The notes under the pieces were generated by a model. That model was not told where the DNA came from, searched no databases, and saw only the letters and a program-made list of their open reading frames with translations. From positions 16,182,001 to 16,246,000 of the forward strand of contig OZ024740.1 in NCBI GenBank assembly GCA_964016885.1: a stretch of DNA of 64,000 nucleotides, written 5' to 3'. Positions 62,411-64,000 of the stretch are shown here, in pieces. The position numbers and the translations under genes were made by a program. The DNA is from Eledone cirrhosa (lineage: Eukaryota). Positions within the stretch are counted from its first letter, which is position 1. Every line of letters begins with the position of its first letter.

Positions 62411-64000
62411 GACGGCAGAAGGTCTTCAGAGAAAGAACTCTCAGGAGAGCTAGACAGCGGAAGGTCTTCAGAGAAGATACTCTCACGAGAGCTGGACAGC
62501 AGAAGGTCTTTAGAGAAGAAACTTTCAGGAGAGCTAGACAGCAGAAGGTCTTCAGAGAAGAAACTGTCAGGAGAGTTGGACAGCAGAATGTCTTTAGAGA
62601 AGAAACTGTCAGGAGAGCTGGACAGCAGAAGGTCTTCAGAGAAGAAACTCTCAGGAGAGCTGGACAGCATAAGGTCTTCAGAGAAGAAACTCTCAGGAGA
62701 GCTGGACAGCAGAAGGTCTTCAGAGAAGAAACTCTCAGGAGAGCTAGACAGCAGAAGGTCTTCAGAGCAGAAACTGGCAGGGGAGCTGGACAGCAGAAGG
62801 TCTTTAGAGAAGAAACTCTCAGGAGAGCTGGACAGCAGAAGGTCTTCAGAGAAGAAACTGTCAGGAGAGCTGGACAGCAGAAGGTCTTCAGAGAAGAAAC
62901 TCTCAGGAGAGCTAGACAGCAGAAGGTCTTCAGAGAAGATACTCTCGGGAGAGCTGGACAGCAGAAAGTCTTTAGAGAAGAAACTCTCAGGAGAGCTAGA
63001 CAGCAGAAGGTCTTCAGAGAAGAAACTGTCAGGAGAGCTGGACAGCAGAAGGTCTTTAGAGAAGAAACTGTCAGGAGAGCTGGACAGCAGAAGGTCTTTA
63101 GAGAAGAAACTGTCAGGAGAGCTGGACAGTAGAAGGTCTTTAGAGAAGAAACTCTCAGGAGAGCTGGACAGTAGAAGGTCTTCACAGAAGAAACTGTCAG
63201 GAGACCTGGACAGCAGAAGGTCTTTAGAGAAGAAACTCTCAGGAGAGTTGGCCAGCAGAAGGTCTTCAGAAAAGAAACTGTCATGAGAGCTGGACAGCAG
63301 AAGGTCTTCAGAGAAGAAACTCTCAGGAGAGCTGGACAGCATAAGGTCTTCAGAGAAGAAACTCTCAGGAGAGCTGGACAGCAGAAGGTCTTCAGAGAAG
63401 AAACTCTCAGGAGAGATAGACAGCAGAAGGTCTTCTGAGAAGAAACTCTCAGGAGAGATGGACAGCAGAAGGTCTTTAGAGAAGAAACTCTTGGGAGAGC
63501 TGGACAGCAGAAGTTCTTCAGAGGAGAAACTCTCAGGAGTGTTGGATAGCAGAAGGTCTTCAGAGAAGAAACTCTCGGGAGAGCTGGACAGCAGAAGGTC
63601 TTCAGAGATGAAACTGTCAGGAGAGCTGGACAGCAGAAGGTCTTTAGAGAAGAAACTCTCAGGAGAGCTGGACAGCAGAAGGTCTTTAGAGATGAAACTG
63701 TCAGGAGAGCTGGACAGCAGAAGGTCTTCAGAGGAGAAACTCTCAGGAGAGCTGGACAGTAGAAGGTCTTCAGAGAAGAAACTCTCAGGAGAGCTGGACA
63801 GCAGAAGGTCTTTAGAGATGAAACTGTCAGGAGAGCTGGACAGCAGAAGGTCTTCAGAGGAGAAACTCTCAGGAGAGCCAGACGGCAGAAGGTCTTCAGA
63901 GAAGAAACTCTCCGGAGAGCTGAACAGCAGAAGGTCTTCAGAGAAGAAACCCAGAGGAGAGCTGGACAGCAGAAGGTCTTCACAGAAGAAACTGTCAGGA

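Larger units (their letters stand above)
1..64000 (+). repeat. Tandem satellite array of a 42-bp monomer, ~1,525 head-to-tail copies, extending beyond both window edges
   Basis: Consensus CAGCAGAAGGTCTTCAGAGAAGAAACTCTCAGGAGAGCTGGA recurs every 42 bp from base 1 to 64000, typically with 0-4 substitutions per copy. Length variants are 39 bp (CAGTAGGTC), 40 bp (GAAACTCAGG), 41 bp (CAGAAGTCTTC) and 43 bp (GGAGGGGCTGG). All track ORFs are 14-aa periodic. Confidence 0.99.

Noticed and set aside
579-63983. The many ORFs in the six-frame track as real CDSs
   Set aside because: They are repeat read-through. Five of six frames of the consensus are stop-free, the ORFs overlap on both strands, starts are sporadic variant codons, and stops and frameshifts are themselves amplified. 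There are no unique domains or gene context.
1-64000. CRISPR array (repeat length and partial palindromy are superficially similar)
   Set aside because: The monomers abut directly with no unique spacers, leader or cas genes.
1-64000. Heat-shock elements (nGAAn arrays)
   Set aside because: The GAA/TTC units are spaced by 4 and 3 bp (GAAggtcTTCagaGAA), not the 2 bp of canonical HSEs.
1-64000. Transposon, telomeric repeat, rDNA/tRNA, CENP-B box or G-quadruplex motifs
   Set aside because: None seen: no terminal repeats, no TTAGGG-type tracts, no structured RNA sequence, no TTCG....A..CGGG box and no recurring clustered G3 runs.

Overview
The whole 64 kb is one uninterrupted, single-orientation tandem satellite array of about 1,525 copies of a 42-bp monomer. 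The consensus is CAGCAGAAGGTCTTCAGAGAAGAAACTCTCAGGAGAGCTGGA (numbered 1-42 below; 50% GC, 67% purine on +, no CpG). I found no genes, RNA genes, transposons, inversions or unique sequence. The ORFs in the track are read-through of the repeat, because 42 is divisible by 3 and 5 of 6 frames of the consensus lack stops. The information lies in the variant pattern. (1) Nested higher-order repeats and duplications have periods of 81, 921, 1421, 1548/1716, 1800/1840, ~1925, 3603, ~3640, 5731, 5900 and ~15,700-17,000 bp; where I counted indels (921, 1421, 1548/1716, 3603, 5900) they match whole monomer numbers exactly. (2) A landmark monomer gains mutations stepwise from left to right. (3) The monomer is quasi-palindromic, with two dyads 21 bp apart and a TTC-N3-GAA motif. 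(4) Common variants are biased toward CAG>TAG and toward positions that are third codon positions in both a sense and an antisense frame, which hints at a methylation/RIP-like signature or a protein-coding origin. A eukaryotic heterochromatic or centromeric origin is likely (inference). I cannot assign the satellite to a named family or species.
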